From Octopus sinensis (taxonomy: Eukaryota): DNA of 64,000 nt. The translations under genes and the position numbers were made by a program. Within the stretch, counting starts at the first letter, position 1, and the number at the start of each line of letters is the position of its first letter. This document shows positions 38,668-51,999 of the stretch, piece after piece. The notes below the pieces were generated by a model. That model saw only the letters and a program-made list of their open reading frames with translations, was not told where the DNA came from and made no database searches. Location of the stretch: contig NC_043015.1 of NCBI RefSeq assembly GCF_006345805.1, forward strand, positions 22,568,001 through 22,632,000. Reading direction: 5' to 3'.

Positions 38668-38901
38668 GGCGGCGAGCTGGCAGAAACGTTAGCATGCCGG
38701 CCGGGCGAATGCGTAGCCGTATTTCGTCTGCTGTTACGTTCTGAATTCAAATTCCGCCGAGGTTGACTTTGCCTTTCATCCTTTCGGGGTCGATTAAATA
38801 AGTACCAGTTACGCACTGGGGTCGATATAATCGACTTAATCCGTTTGTCTGTCCTTGTTTGTCCTCTCTGTGTTTAGTCCCTTGTGGGTAGTAAAGAAAT
38901 A
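38668..38901 (+). mobile_element. tRNA-SINE family B with 15-bp target-site duplication
   Basis: GGTATAGGCACTCGC at 38651-38665 and 38902-38916 flanks the element. Confidence 0.9.
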
Positions 38902-38916
38902 GGTATAGGCACTCGC

Positions 38917-39369
38917 CAGAAAAAGTCACAGAAAATTAGAAAGCAACCACACTGTAGAATATGCCAATACACATAGATAGACAAATTAAGGACAATATGT
39001 TGGATATAGTTGTCAGAGATCGCCAAGGAAAACAATTTCTTTTTAATCGATGTATCAATGCCAACAGATGACAATGTTTGTCTAAAAGAAACGGAGAAAC
39101 TTTGAAGATACAAAGATATTGAAACAGAGGTAACTGGAAACAATTCCTATCATTGTAGGCGCATTAGGTATGATAAAAAAACATTCAGACAAGTATATAA
39201 CAAAAACATACAGTAAATAGCACTACAAGGTACCGCGCATATCCTACGTAAAACACTTTCAATACAGTGGAAATAATAGCAACGCAACTAACCACGGCAT
39301 ATACCCAAGGCACACAGAGCCGCGCTCGGAAGTGCAGTGAAGGTGCGTGATAAAAATAAGACTACTGAA

Positions 39370-39370
<1 letters not shown>
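38917..39370 (+). mobile_element. R4/Dong LINE 3' fragment with internal deletion
   Basis: FLIDVSMPTDDNVCLKETEKL*RYKDIE..IPIIVGALG; 3' end GTGAAGGTGCGTGATAAAAATAAGACTACTG followed by (AAT)n. Confidence 0.8.
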
Positions 39371-39590
<220 letters not shown>

Positions 39591-39633
39591 GTACCTAGGG
39601 GTAATTGAAGGGAACGGAATAAGGCATTCAGAG

Positions 39634-40611
39634 ATGAAGGAAAGGATCAGGAGAGAATGCTATCGAAGAGTGAGAGCAATACTCAAGACAGAGCTGAATG
39701 CAAGAAACAGGATCGAAGCGGTCAATGCATTAGCCATACCAGTCGTGACTTACAGTTTCAATATTGTTAACTGGTCAATTACTGAAATATGTCAGCTCGA
39801 CAGAAAAATAAGGAAACTGTTGACAATGCATAGAATGCACCACCCTAAGGCAGATACAGAACGAATCTATCTGCCAAGAAAAGAGGGAGGCCGTGGTCTT
39901 TTGCAACTGGCAATAACAATGAAGATTGCTACAATTGGCCTAGACACCTACCTGAAACACTCTGAGGACTGGATGTTAAAACTTGTCTCAAAACATGAAA
40001 ACAAGAAAGCATCATACTCAGTCACAAAACAGACAAAGGGATATCTAAGTGAATTCCGAATACAACCAATTTCGGAATTAGAGATAGACATACGAGAAAC
40101 AAGCACAGAAAAAGCTAGGCGCATGAAAACCCGTGCCAAAACTGCGGCCTTAGATATTCTGAATAATAAATGGCAAGAAAAACCTCTCTATGGCAAATAC
40201 CCAAAGAGAGCGAATAATGCAGATATCGACAAAGCCCTGACCCATCAATGGCTAATGGCCTCTGGCTTAAAATCTGAAACAGAGGGGTTTATCATAGCAG
40301 CTCAAGATCAATGCCTACCAACAAGAAACTACCAGGCCAACATATTAAAGAACGGCAGTAGCCCAACATGCCGCGTATGCCGACAACAAAATGAAACCAT
40401 TGATCATGTTGTCTCCAAATGCAGTCTTCTAGCGCCTACAGAGTACCTCAGTAGGCATGATAGAGCTGCACAATATATTCACTGGGTAAATTGCAAAAAC
40501 CTGGATTTGCCCCATGAAAAAAATGGTGGGAACACAATCCACCTCCAGTGCTTGAAAATGACCACATCTCACTCCTCTGGAACTTCACCATTCAAACTGA
40601 CAGGAAGATAG
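39634..40611 (+). CDS. Dong ORF part 1 (RT thumb and CCHC zinc knuckle), truncated
   Basis: 325-aa ORF with the motifs listed for the element; frameshifts near 40520. Confidence 0.8.
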   Translation: MKERIRRECYRRVRAILKTELNARNRIEAVNALAIPVVTYSFNIVNWSITEICQLDRKIRKLLTMHRMHHPKADTERIYLPRKEGGRGLLQLAITMKIATIGLDTYLKHSEDWMLKLVSKHENKKASYSVTKQTKGYLSEFRIQPISELEIDIRETSTEKARRMKTRAKTAALDILNNKWQEKPLYGKYPKRANNADIDKALTHQWLMASGLKSETEGFIIAAQDQCLPTRNYQANILKNGSSPTCRVCRQQNETIDHVVSKCSLLAPTEYLSRHDRAAQYIHWVNCKNLDLPHEKNGGNTIHLQCLKMTTSHSSGTSPFKLTGR

Positions 40612-40934
40612 ATGCAAATAGGCCAGACATCATATTGAAAGACTTCAGACAAAGAACATGCCTCCTCATTGATATGACTGTCCCAATCGATATAAACGTA
40701 TCTATCAAGACCTACCAAAACCTGAGCAAATATAAAGATCTTGAAATAGAAATCAGCAAAATGTGGAAGCTGAAGACTAAAACAATACCTGTTGTCATTG
40801 GTGCCCTGGGAATGATAGCGAAAGGGACTGATTGCTACCTAATTCAGATACCAGGAAAACGCACAATGGCAGAAATTCAAAAGATAGTGCTCATGGGAAC
40901 TGCTCATATCCTACGCAAAATACTCTCTATGTAA
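40548..40934 (+). CDS. Dong ORF part 2 (restriction-like endonuclease)
   Basis: LLWNFTIQTDRKIDANRPDI..LIDMTVP..KYKDLEIEISKMW..IPVVIGALG..VLMGTAHILRKILSM-stop. Confidence 0.85.
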   Translation: MLENDHISLLWNFTIQTDRKIDANRPDIILKDFRQRTCLLIDMTVPIDINVSIKTYQNLSKYKDLEIEISKMWKLKTKTIPVVIGALGMIAKGTDCYLIQIPGKRTMAEIQKIVLMGTAHILRKILSM

Positions 40935-41203
40935 TCCCAAGGTTTAAAACAAACTTTTTTTATTTTTATTTCTTATTTATTTATTTATTTTTAATTAAAA
41001 AATTTTTTTGTTATTTTTTTATTTTTATGTATTAGACATTCACTAGTATAACATAAAAAAAAACCAAAAAAAAAACCCCAAATATATGGCACAGAACTTC
41101 TAACCTGTTGTCTCTTGAGGTCTTCTGGGTGAGACTTGGAGCCAACTTGTACAGACATAAAGCAAAAATCAAACATAGAATAATAATAATAATAATAATA
41201 ATA

Positions 41204-41247
<44 letters not shown>

Positions 41248-41309
41248 TTTAACTCAACATGTTACAAGGGAATGATAATTACAATAATTATTATTATAAT
41301 TAAAATAAT

Positions 41310-44300
41310 TGAGTGTTACTATCTGAGCAACCCTGTAGAGGAATATAGTGCTCATTTTAGGGGATACCGACAACCTATGTATGATCAATGGAGCGAAAGC
41401 GGATCGTTTGAACGGAACAGAATTTATGAGATCAAGCTAGAGCAATAAGAAAAAAATTGTTGATTCAAAGAAGTAGAACTCGAAGCTAGCAATAGGTGGA
41501 TTTTGGAAAACAGCAGCAGAGAAAACGATGAAAATACAGTTATTGCTGATAAAAATAATCTCATAGCAGAAAACAGAGGTGAGGTCTCTGATACAGCTCA
41601 GTAAAGGAACAGTGATATCTTGCTCGATGAGAGACATATAGATTGGTCTGGAAGAAGACAATAAGACTAATCGAGACATGACAGAAGAGAAGAACGCAAT
41701 CTACGACGGAAAAAGGCAGGGGGACATTAATTGCAAACTTTAAAATGTTGATCGGTGGAAATTGAACCAAGAAACGAAAAATGTGAAGGAAATTCTGAAA
41801 TACATCAGAACAGAAAACATCACCAAAAACAAATAATTTGATCAAGACAGCAAGTATTGCAGCAGAAAATGTTGGTGTTGATGTCCTGAAAATGAAATAT
41901 AAAGTGAGTGTAAAATAAATATATCCATGGTGGAAAAGAAGAATACAGGCGGGGTTAGGTATGTTCATGAATGACATTTCTCATTTAGAGCGAAAAGAGA
42001 AGGAGAAGCTTAAACGCAAACAAAAATACAGGGCACTCAGCAAGAAGTGTGATATTGAATGGAAGGGCCTGAAAATGGTAATGAAGGAACCGAAACAGCA
42101 TTTCTTGCAAAGAAAGCAAAGATGGTAAGATACGACCAAAGAATGAAGGGATAGCAGTAGAATAGGCTATTCAGAGTAGATCAGAAGAGATTCTACAAAG
42201 AAATAAATGGAGAGTGTACAGATAAAATGATGATACCACATACTATTGAAAGACAAACGTTTTAAGGAGCACAAGAAGGATGCTGAATGGTTGAAAGAAT
42301 TGAAACAAACAGTAGTCTGTCAACAACAGGCAAAACTAGTCAACTCGGTTAGGGAAGTGAAAGAAATCAGCAAAAAATGGGTAGCTGGAAGGCCCCAAAG
42401 CAGATGGAGTAGAAAGCTATTGGATCAAAAGACTGGGTGAATCTCGTGCACGAATACCTGCACAACGCAACACCTGTGAATTGCCGAGCAAGTAACAGCA
42501 GACTGATTGCCAATGGGTAGGAAAGTGCTGTGCTTCAAAAACATTCAAAAAGACAATAAGTAGACAATTACAGGCCGATATCCTGCGTGCCACTTACGTG
42601 GAAAATATTGACTGGAATAGTCGCAGAGACAAGGTAGTTACATTGAAAATAATGGAGTTATGCCACATGACCAGAAGGGTTGCAGGCGTAAGTGCAGAAG
42701 TCCCAAGGATCAAGACCAGGTAGACAAAACTGTACTTAGAGACTGCAAGAGGAAGAAAACTAACTTAGCCATGTCATGGATCGATTATCGAAAGTCATAC
42801 GATATGATCCAACATTCTTGGATTATGGAATGTATGAACGTATTTGGTATTGCATCGAATGTTGACCGATTTCTTGGAAAAAGCACGGCGAATTGGATGA
42901 CGGACCTGAAAGCATACAGAAGAAGTTTAGGGACAGTAGAAATCAGGAGTGGCATCTTCCAAGGGGACTGCCAGTCCCCACTGATCTTTATACTGTATAT
43001 CATACAACTAACACTGATTTTGAGGAAAGCAAAGGCTGGGTATTTATTTAAAAGCCGCCAACTAAAACTCAAGCACTTGCTATTCATGGATAACTTCAAA
43101 CTTATGGTGAAGATCAATCCCAAGTCAATCCCCACGTTGATACGGTGTATATATTCAGTGCTGATATGAAAATGGAGTTCGGACTGAGAAAGTGTCGTGT
43201 ATTAATCTTGAAGAGAGTCAAAATCGAATGTATGGACGGGCTAGCGATACCGCCGGGGGAGGTTATGAAGCAGAGAGAAGAGACGGGCTATAAGTACTTA
43301 GGGATATTGGAATTGGATAAATTGATGGGGAAAGAAATAGAAATAACAGAAAAATTAAGGTAGAGCACTTACGCAGACTGAGATTGATACTAAAGTCAAA
43401 ATTAAACAGACGGAATAAAACTATGAACACCTGGGTTGTTTCACTCCTTAGATAGAGAACATGGGTAATCGCATGGAGAATAAACGAACTAGACAGCTTA
43501 GACAGGAAGTCAGGGAAGTTGCTGACTAGATATAGGATACTCCACTAAAAAAGAAACACAGACAGATTAAAACGACATAGCATCGTATGTAAAAATAAAT
43601 ACCACAGAACCGCTATATTATTGGAATTAAGAAAGTCAGGGATGTGTAGGATGGAAGATTGCAAATCACTGTACAAACACTTCAGAATGAATGAAACTGA
43701 AAATAGGTGGATAAAGAAAAGAATGCATGGACAATTTGAAAATACAACAAACAAAAAAAAGATGGCTATCGATGACTAAAAGTGTCTTAACACCGAAAAT
43801 GGTGCTGCCCAAGAGCAAGCATGAAGAACCAATTACATCAAATACAGAATAGACAACACATTGGAAAGTGATAAGTGCAGAATTTGTAGAGGAAATGGTG
43901 AAACCGTATGGCATATAACCTTTCAATGTACGCCACTAACCAGAAAGAATATAAGAGACGTCATGACTTCATAGCATGTATTGTCTATTGGACAATTTGC
44001 AAGAAGTATGGAATTGACAGAGCAAAAAATTTGTACAAACATAAAATTTGTACAAACAAAAACCCGAAGGCATCATCGAAAAGGATAATCCAAAGATGTT
44101 ATGGGATTTTATGTTTCAGTGCGACCATGAGGTAGAGAATAAGAAACCAGGCATAATTTTAACTGAGAAAGAAAGCCAACCATGCTGGATAATAGATATA
44201 GCATGCCCCACTGACTGCAAGGTTTGCGATAGAGAAGAAATTTCAATACATTCAGAATTTAAGCAGTTCTGGTCGTTGTGGTAGTAGTATCAATAAATGT

Positions 44301-44415
44301 TGGAGGCCTGGGAGCAGAGATTAAAAACATTGAGAAGTACATGGAATAAATAAGGCCTGCAATAAGGGTGGAGCACTTGCAGAAAACAGTACTGCTTGGA
44401 TACTCAGGATGGTGC
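41310..44415 (+). mobile_element. Nearly full-length but heavily degraded R4/Dong LINE
   Basis: N-terminal GYRQPM..W...G.F...DQARAIRK; RT with DQKGC, WIDYRKSYD, GIFQGD..SP, LLFMDNFKL, YKYLG; CRIC..ET.WHI; RHD; LWDF..QCD..KPGI; many stops and frameshifts. Confidence 0.88.
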
Positions 44416-44447
44416 TCATTTTCTTCTTGTTCTTGATCTTCTTGATT

Positions 44448-44479
<32 letters not shown>

Positions 44480-44482
44480 CTT

Positions 44483-44513
<31 letters not shown>

Positions 44514-44532
44514 TTATTATTATTATTATTAT

Positions 44533-44590
44533 TGAGAGAGCAGTGCATGCGATTAAAGTGACACTGGGGTAAAATGTACGACGCCCAGCA

Positions 44591-44591
<1 letters not shown>
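44533..44591 (-). mobile_element. 3'-tip copy of the 22433-22770 element
   Basis: GAGAGAGCAGTGCATGCGATTAAAGTGACACTGGGGTAAAATGTACGACGCCCAG matches the reverse complement of the 22.7-kb end; it lies between (TTA)n and (AAG)n. Confidence 0.7.
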
Positions 44592-44621
<30 letters not shown>

Positions 44622-44645
44622 AAGAAGAAGAAGAAGAAGAAGAAG

Positions 44646-44676
<31 letters not shown>

Positions 44677-45237
44677 GCTAATACTGAATTCATAAATGTG
44701 TTTGTGAACTCAGTTATTTGTCTATGTCAGCTTTGGATCACATCGATGCTTAAATATTAGATTTAGTCTGAGTGCATTGGTGGAATCATTATAGCCACAA
44801 TGATTTCAATATTCATCTCTAATGATTCCTAAGCAGTAATGTGCTGAGGACAGTTTGTTATGACATCCGTCACGGTCGTGGCATTAACAAACATGAAGCT
44901 GCAGCATCTGTTTTTTATTGCTTGAACAAGTGATCATTGTTATTTCATATTTCTTTTATTCATCACTGCATTTCGTTAAGATATAAAAGATGTACATAAT
45001 CCACCTAATGCTGTAGCATAAGTTCAAAGCTTTGCTTTTCTTGCCTTATTCTACAACACAATAACATTTTATTTTCATTTTATTCAGGCAGACGCCTGCA
45101 TGCAAATATTTAGAGCTATGACGAATTTTTACTTCAAATGAGAACACAAATAGAATGTACCTCGAATCACTATACGTATAGATGTAAATATACATTCATA
45201 TAAACATACTATATATATATATATATATATGTAAGTG

Positions 45238-45288
<51 letters not shown>

Positions 45289-45544
45289 CTATAATGTGTA
45301 TATATATATGTATATGTATGAATGTCTACGCATATATATATATATATATATATATATTACATAATTAGGGCTTAGTAAAATAAATTACTTTGCCACATAC
45401 TGAACTTAGTAGAAATAGCAGCCAAAAAAAATTTTATTAGCATTTCTACTACTTAAAGAAAATTTCTCTCAGATAATGTTTCCTCCAGACAGCTCACGAA
45501 GGTTTGGAGGTAAATACAGAAAAATATCACAAGTACATAGATCG

Positions 45545-45607
45545 TTTGAGTACGTCAACGTTTCAAGATTAGCCAAATAAAATCAGCATTTCTTTCGTCA
45601 GCTCAAA
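45545..45607 (-). ncRNA. Type I hammerhead ribozyme (left arm)
   Basis: Exact reverse complement of 45639-45701. Confidence 0.85.
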
Positions 45608-45638
45608 ATTTCTTAATTTGGATTTTTGATTAAGAAAT

Positions 45639-45701
45639 TTTGAGCTGACGAAAGAAATGCTGATTTTATTTGGCTAATCTTGAAACGTTGACGTACTCAA
45701 A
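45639..45701 (+). ncRNA. Type I hammerhead ribozyme (right arm), canonical core
   Basis: Stem I TTTGAG/CTCAAA; CTGACGA 45645-45651; stem II AAGA..TCTT plus GCTGA/TTGGC; GAAA 45682-45685; stem III CG-TTGA-CG; GTA triplet ending at 45695. Confidence 0.88.
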
Positions 45702-45968
45702 CGATCTATGTACTTGTGATATTTTTCTGTATTTACCTCCAACCTTCGTGAGCTGTCTGGAGTAAACATTATCTGAGAGAAATTTTCTTTAAGTAGTAGA
45801 AATGCTAAGAAAATTTTTTTGGCTGCTATTTCTACTAAGTTCAGTATGTGGCAAAGTAATTGTTTTACAAAGCCCTAATTATATAATGTAATATTTTGAA
45901 TTCGCCTTAAATGGTCCTTTTACATACTGAACACTTGGTGAAATTCTCCCTGGTGCGTGCGCGTTTGC

Positions 45969-46028
<60 letters not shown>

Positions 46029-46446
46029 TTATACATATGTATGTATGCATGTACTTGTTTATAGCACTGCTTATACGAGAACGTGTGTAAAGCAGACAGG
46101 TTATCGATTTAAGTGGATTTCAACGCCAAAGTGTCCACGCAATGAGAAACATGAATACAAAAGTAGATAAACACAGAGCTACACGTGTGTTATGAGTATA
46201 GACGGCGATATACGTACAGTTATAAGGATTTATTTATGTGTTATGTATTAACTTCCTTCTTGAATTTCAATCTCAATAGAAATCTAATTAACAGCGATAT
46301 CTATATGAAGCTTTAAAACAATGAGATTCCATTAAATATGTCTGATAGCTTAATTTATACCCCAACAAATATTATTGCGGGAAATAATTCAATTATGCTT
46401 TTACATCTCAAGCACTAATGCCTCTTCCCGTTCTTATATGTATGTT

Positions 46447-46558
<112 letters not shown>

Positions 46559-46755
46559 TAATCTATCTATCTATCTATCTATCTATCTATATGTCTGTCT
46601 GTCTGCGTGTCTATCTATCCACCTCTCTATATATATATCTATCTCTCTTAATATATACATACATGCACTTACACATATATATTACACACGCACACACATA
46701 CATATATATATATGCGTATGCGCGTGTATGTTCATATGAACATATACGTACATTT

Positions 46756-46837
<82 letters not shown>

Positions 46838-47022
46838 GTGTATATATATATGTATATATATATATATATATAATCGTCAATATATTCATACATATATGTG
46901 TGTAATTCTATATGCATGTACGTACGTACCTATGTATGTGTATATATGTATTACATATATGCGAATAAAGAAAAATGAATAAATACATACATACATCACG
47001 CACAAACACAGATGCACAGGGG

Positions 47023-47081
<59 letters not shown>

Positions 47082-47255
47082 TTACGTACAAATGGAAATG
47101 CTTTATCGTGATTCCGTGTCTCTGTTCCAGAACAAAATAAAAACTGTTTCTGGTCTTGGAGTCATTAAATTCGAGCCAGTACTAAAGGTTCTGATTCCAG
47201 TAGTGATAAACGATAAAACATAAAGAATATATAACTTACAAAATACAAACATTAA

Positions 47256-47308
<53 letters not shown>

Positions 47309-47821
47309 GCAATAGGCAATTGTCGTCTACGACGAGAAAACCTATTATATATATATACATATATATACATTCATTTTATGTGTAATATCGTAAATCAGTC
47401 AGCGAATGTATGTATTTTGACTAGCAAAAAAAGAATAATATATCAGGCTAGAATTTGAATATAGATTTCCTATTTGATAGTAGTCTTCGCTTTGGCGTCA
47501 ATATATTTTTTCTTTTTTTTTTCTGTGAAATATTTATTTTCAGTAAAGATTATTTAGATAGCATCGGTTTATGAAAATGGGCATTTTGCATCGCTGGACA
47601 TTCCTGTAATTGATAAAGTGTCTGTTGAATCTATTTATTCACAGATTTCATCCAGCTTCATTCTGTTTTTTTTGATGCAATAGTGTAAAATGCAACATAA
47701 TTTAAACAACGAACTTATAAAACAAAATGTGTACACAAGCTATATTATCAAATCATCTAATTATATGCCAACCCTAAGTAATGACGTGACCTTTTTATCA
47801 ATATTATTGTTATTATTATTA

Positions 47822-47898
<77 letters not shown>

Positions 47899-47964
47899 GT
47901 TGTTGTTGTTGTTGGCGTTGTTGTTGTTATTATTATTATTATTATTGTTATTATTATTATTGGA

Positions 47965-48130
47965 ATGCATGGTATAATTGGCAGGGCGTTGCACTCACAC
48001 TCGCGAGATAGAGGTCTCAATTCATAGAATGGGTGGTTCATTGCGTTCTTGAGCAAGACACTTGGTCACGAGTTGTTCTGCGATCACTTAGACACCTGAC
48101 GTGTGGTCCATTTGTGCACATGTTCAGGCA
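47965..48130 (+). mobile_element. SINE family D, degenerate 5' part
   Basis: GGCGTTGCACTCAC..GCGTTCTTGAGCAAGACACTT; preceded by a long (ATT)n array (~47800-47960). Confidence 0.55.
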
Positions 48131-48379
48131 ACGAAAGTTTTACGGACAGAGAGTGAGATAATGCACGAATATTATATACAAATCAGTTGTGCAAGTAATT
48201 CGGCTAAAGCTGAATATTTGGCGAAAGCTGACGGGAAGCTCCATCATTCTCTCTGCCGAACTTCTGATAAAACATCACGTGTCCACATACATGTATCACT
48301 GTGTGAATTCGTTACAGGTGAAGACATATACGCACGTACTCTCACACACACACAAGCACACACATACTCTGATACACAC

Positions 48380-48454
<75 letters not shown>

Positions 48455-48505
48455 TAATGCAATACAAAGTATTGCCTTCCAGTAAAAAGTAGCCCGTGAG
48501 GAAAA

Positions 48506-48660
48506 ATACACAAATTAGTAAATAAATGACACAACTAAGTACCGATATTTACTGGAAATAAATACGCGGTGAAGCTACACATAAGCGTCGTATTTTTACG
48601 TTCGCTATTTCCGGTAAATATCGGTACTTAGTTGTGCCATTTATTTACTAATTTGTATAT
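48506..48660. repeat. 55-bp inverted repeat with 45-nt spacer
   Basis: 48506-48560 versus 48606-48660, 3 mismatches; followed directly by (AT)n. Confidence 0.85.
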
Positions 48661-48677
48661 ATATATATATATATATA

Positions 48678-49042
48678 CTCTTTTACTCTTTTACTCTTTT
48701 ACTTGTTTCAGTCATTTGACTGCGGCAATGCTGGAGCACCGCCTTTAGTCGAGCAACTCGTGCCGAACCGCTAAGTAACGGCGACATAAATACACCAGCA
48801 TCGGTTGTCAAGCAATGCTAGGGGGACAAACAGACACACAAACACACACGCATATATATATATATATATATACACATATATACGAATATACGACGGGCTT
48901 CTTTCAGTTTCCGTCTACCAAATCCACTCACATGGCTTTGGTCGGCCCGAGGCTATAGTAGAAGACACTTGCCCAAGGTGCCACGCAGTGGGACTGAACC
49001 CGGAACCATATGGTTGGTAAACAAGCTACTTACCACACAGCC
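48678..49042 (-). mobile_element. tRNA-SINE family A with internal deletion
   Basis: Reverse complement of 29246-29644, lacking the CCCGGGACTTATTC..CTCTTT block. Confidence 0.85.
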
Positions 49043-49245
49043 ATGTATATTCATCTATTCTTTGATTTGTTTTGGTCGTTTGACTACGGTCATGCTGGAG
49101 CCCCACCTTCACTCGAACAAATTGGTCCAGAACTTACTCTTTGTCAGCTTAGTGCGTATTCTATCGGACTCTAATTGCCGAATCATTAAGTTACCTGCAT
49201 CGGTAGTCACACACACACAAACACAGACACACAGACACACACACG

Positions 49246-49300
<55 letters not shown>

Positions 49301-51076
49301 TTGTGTGTCTATATGTTTGTACAAACATTGTACATAACTGTTATCAAACAATGAGCGATTATTTTTCTCTAAATATTGCTCGATTTTACGGTAACCCTGT
49401 TCAATATTTCTGATATAACAACTTCATGTACAAGTGGATATTTGACCACCTCACCATGGACGTGAAAGCGACCACTAGATTCAGGGTTTCAATTAATGCC
49501 GCAAACACTTAGATGCCTATAACGAGTATGCGAAAATCATACACGAAGCATTGTCACCTTCCCTCAGTTAATCTCAGGTTTTAGCTAGATTCAGTATGTA
49601 TTTTGTATTTTCGTGTATCACACACACACACACAACATACCTGCATACACACACATGCCTATTGCTTGTGCAATACTTGATTTAGAACCTATCATAATGT
49701 TATAACATAATTCAATACACACGTAGGAGTATGAACATAGTCAAAATTTAGGAACACGTGTTTCCTGCTGTGTGGAGCAACAGTCAACTAGGGAAAAAGT
49801 TGTATCTCGTACGACGCCTGTATGCTTTGAATTAAAATGTTGTATATAAAAAACCGAATGGTGAGTACATTTATTAAATCTTGCGCATTTACCGTTCTGC
49901 CAAGAAAATTTTCCGAATAAATTTTCAAATACTAATATGTATAAACCTATCTGCTGGAGATTACTTAATCATCTAATATATAGATATTGAAAATTTGTAC
50001 TGAGTTTTACATTTAAGATGCTAATTGAAAGAAAAAATAACTGATAAATATGTATTAAGAAACCTAGTGTTTATATAGCAACTAACGCTGGCCAAGTTAT
50101 TAAACATTTTATTTGGATATCTTACAATAAAATGTTTTTGCCTGGGCGTCATTAAATATAACGAATGTTACGCTATAAAATGATCGATAACTTAATAATA
50201 GAAACCAAATATGAGTAATAATTATCTTTAGGGACACAAAAGCATCTTTTTAAATAATTTTTTTCGCCTTGGATACTTGTTTCCATGAATAATTCGGATT
50301 TGTAATTTTGGTTGATATATTTGTGTGTTCCTTACATGCCATGCTTCGAGAAACAGTAGGTTTCAATTATGAATTTCTTTTAATTATTTAAATAAAGCTG
50401 GAAAGGAATTATGTACAGAATTTCGATGCGACAATACATAATTACGTGAAATGCGGTGAAGATGTAGAAAATAACGTTGTGTATTTGTACGAAGATTTCA
50501 AGAAATACCTCGTAATTATATAACTCTCCTTTTAATGGGTAATATGCGTCTGCTAAGCTGTAATTTTATTGCTTTATCTCTGTTACCTTAATCAAATGCA
50601 ATGCAGATTTTGCTCACCATATCTAATGAGATAATTATCTGAGTCATTATGAAACGAGGATTCAAATCAATTCAAAATGATATAAACTATTTAGGTGCCG
50701 TATATCAAAATAGGCGTCACTGGCAAACGAGGTTTACCCGTTAGGTGACATGCGTTTCATTAATATTTAAGGTGTCTACGCGTGGTAAGATGGCATAAAC
50801 ACACATGAAGCCCTGGATCACATGACAAAATAGAATAAGCAGTAGGTGAATAGGGTGTAACGAAAGGGTACTTCAACTCTGCATCAGTTGAGGCGTGTTA
50901 TGCTCTCAAGAATATAACACGCCTCAACAGAATTAGTTAACGAAACATATCAAAGAAAAACAATGTTAAGAGGAACACACCAGGAGAGTTTTACTTTGTG
51001 CAAACGAGAGAGGAAGAAAACCACTTTACACAAATTTTCAGATTTAAAGATGACTTACAGTACAGACAACCAGACA

Positions 51077-51119
<43 letters not shown>

Positions 51120-51149
51120 TATTATTATTATTATTATTATTATTATCAT

Positions 51150-51735
51150 TCAGTAGTTTTATTTTTATAGCGTGCTTTCACTTCACTACCTCTGTGTGCC
51201 TTGGGTATGTGCTGTGATTTGTTGTGATGCTCTGATGGTTATTGTATGGAAAGTGGTCTGCGTAGGATGTGTGCAGTGCCTAGTAGTGTACTTTTCTGTA
51301 TGTTATATGTGTTTGTAAGTCCTGGTGTTTTTGTTGTGTATTTGTCTGAATATTTTTTATAATGCCTAATGCACCTACTATGATAGGAATTGTTTCTGTT
51401 TTTAGGTTCCACATTCTGGTTACCTCTATTTCCAGGTCTTTGTATTTTGAGAGTTTCTCCATTTCTTTTAGAGACACGTTATCATCTGCCGGTATTGATA
51501 CATCAATTAGAAAGCATTTTTTTTCTTCATCAGCTTTGACAACTATATCTGGCCTGTTGGCCTTAATTTCTCTATCTGTGTGTATCGGCATATCCCAGAG
51601 TATGGTTGCTTTCTCGTTTTCTGAGGCCTTTTCTGGTGTGTGCCTATACCATCTTTTTTCTGTTGTTCTTCCATAATGTTGGCATAGCTTCCAATGTATG
51701 TAGGTTCCAACTCTGTCATGTCAGTGAATATATTC
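51150..51735 (-). mobile_element. R4/Dong LINE 3' fragment (RLE) between (TTA)n and (TTC)(TTA)n arrays
   Basis: DREIKANRPDIVVK..FLIDVSIPADDNVSLKEMEKLSKYKDLE..IPIIVGALG; 3' end AAAAATAAAAACTACTGAATGATAATAAT. Same family as 38917-39370. Confidence 0.88.
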
Positions 51736-51760
51736 CTTCTTCTTCTTCTTCTTCTTCTTC

Positions 51761-51822
<62 letters not shown>

Positions 51823-51999
51823 GTTGTCATTATTATTTTATTTTAATTTTAATCTGCATGTTTTTTACACTCACTTGTCGAGACACACCCGGCATCCCAG
51901 GTCGAGGTAAGGTGATGACATGTTACAGTATGACAGAGCTTTCGGAGGGGAAGCTACAGGGTAAGCAGCGACATATCTTCATATGGTGCAACGCACACA

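Larger units (their letters stand above)
39591..41175 (+). mobile_element. 5'-truncated R4/Dong RLE LINE inserted in (TAA)n
   Basis: RT thumb (LYLPRKEGGRGL-like), CCHC finger (CRVCRQQNETIDHVVSKC), RHD motif, RLE (NRPDI..LIDMTVP..K..KY.DL); (AAT)n at both ends. Confidence 0.92.
45361..45882. mobile_element. Near-perfect 522-bp palindrome made of two outward-facing HHR-bearing PLE-like termini
   Basis: Arms 45361-45617 and 45629-45882 around an 11-nt spacer (TTGGATTTTTG); follows (AT)n. Confidence 0.85.
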
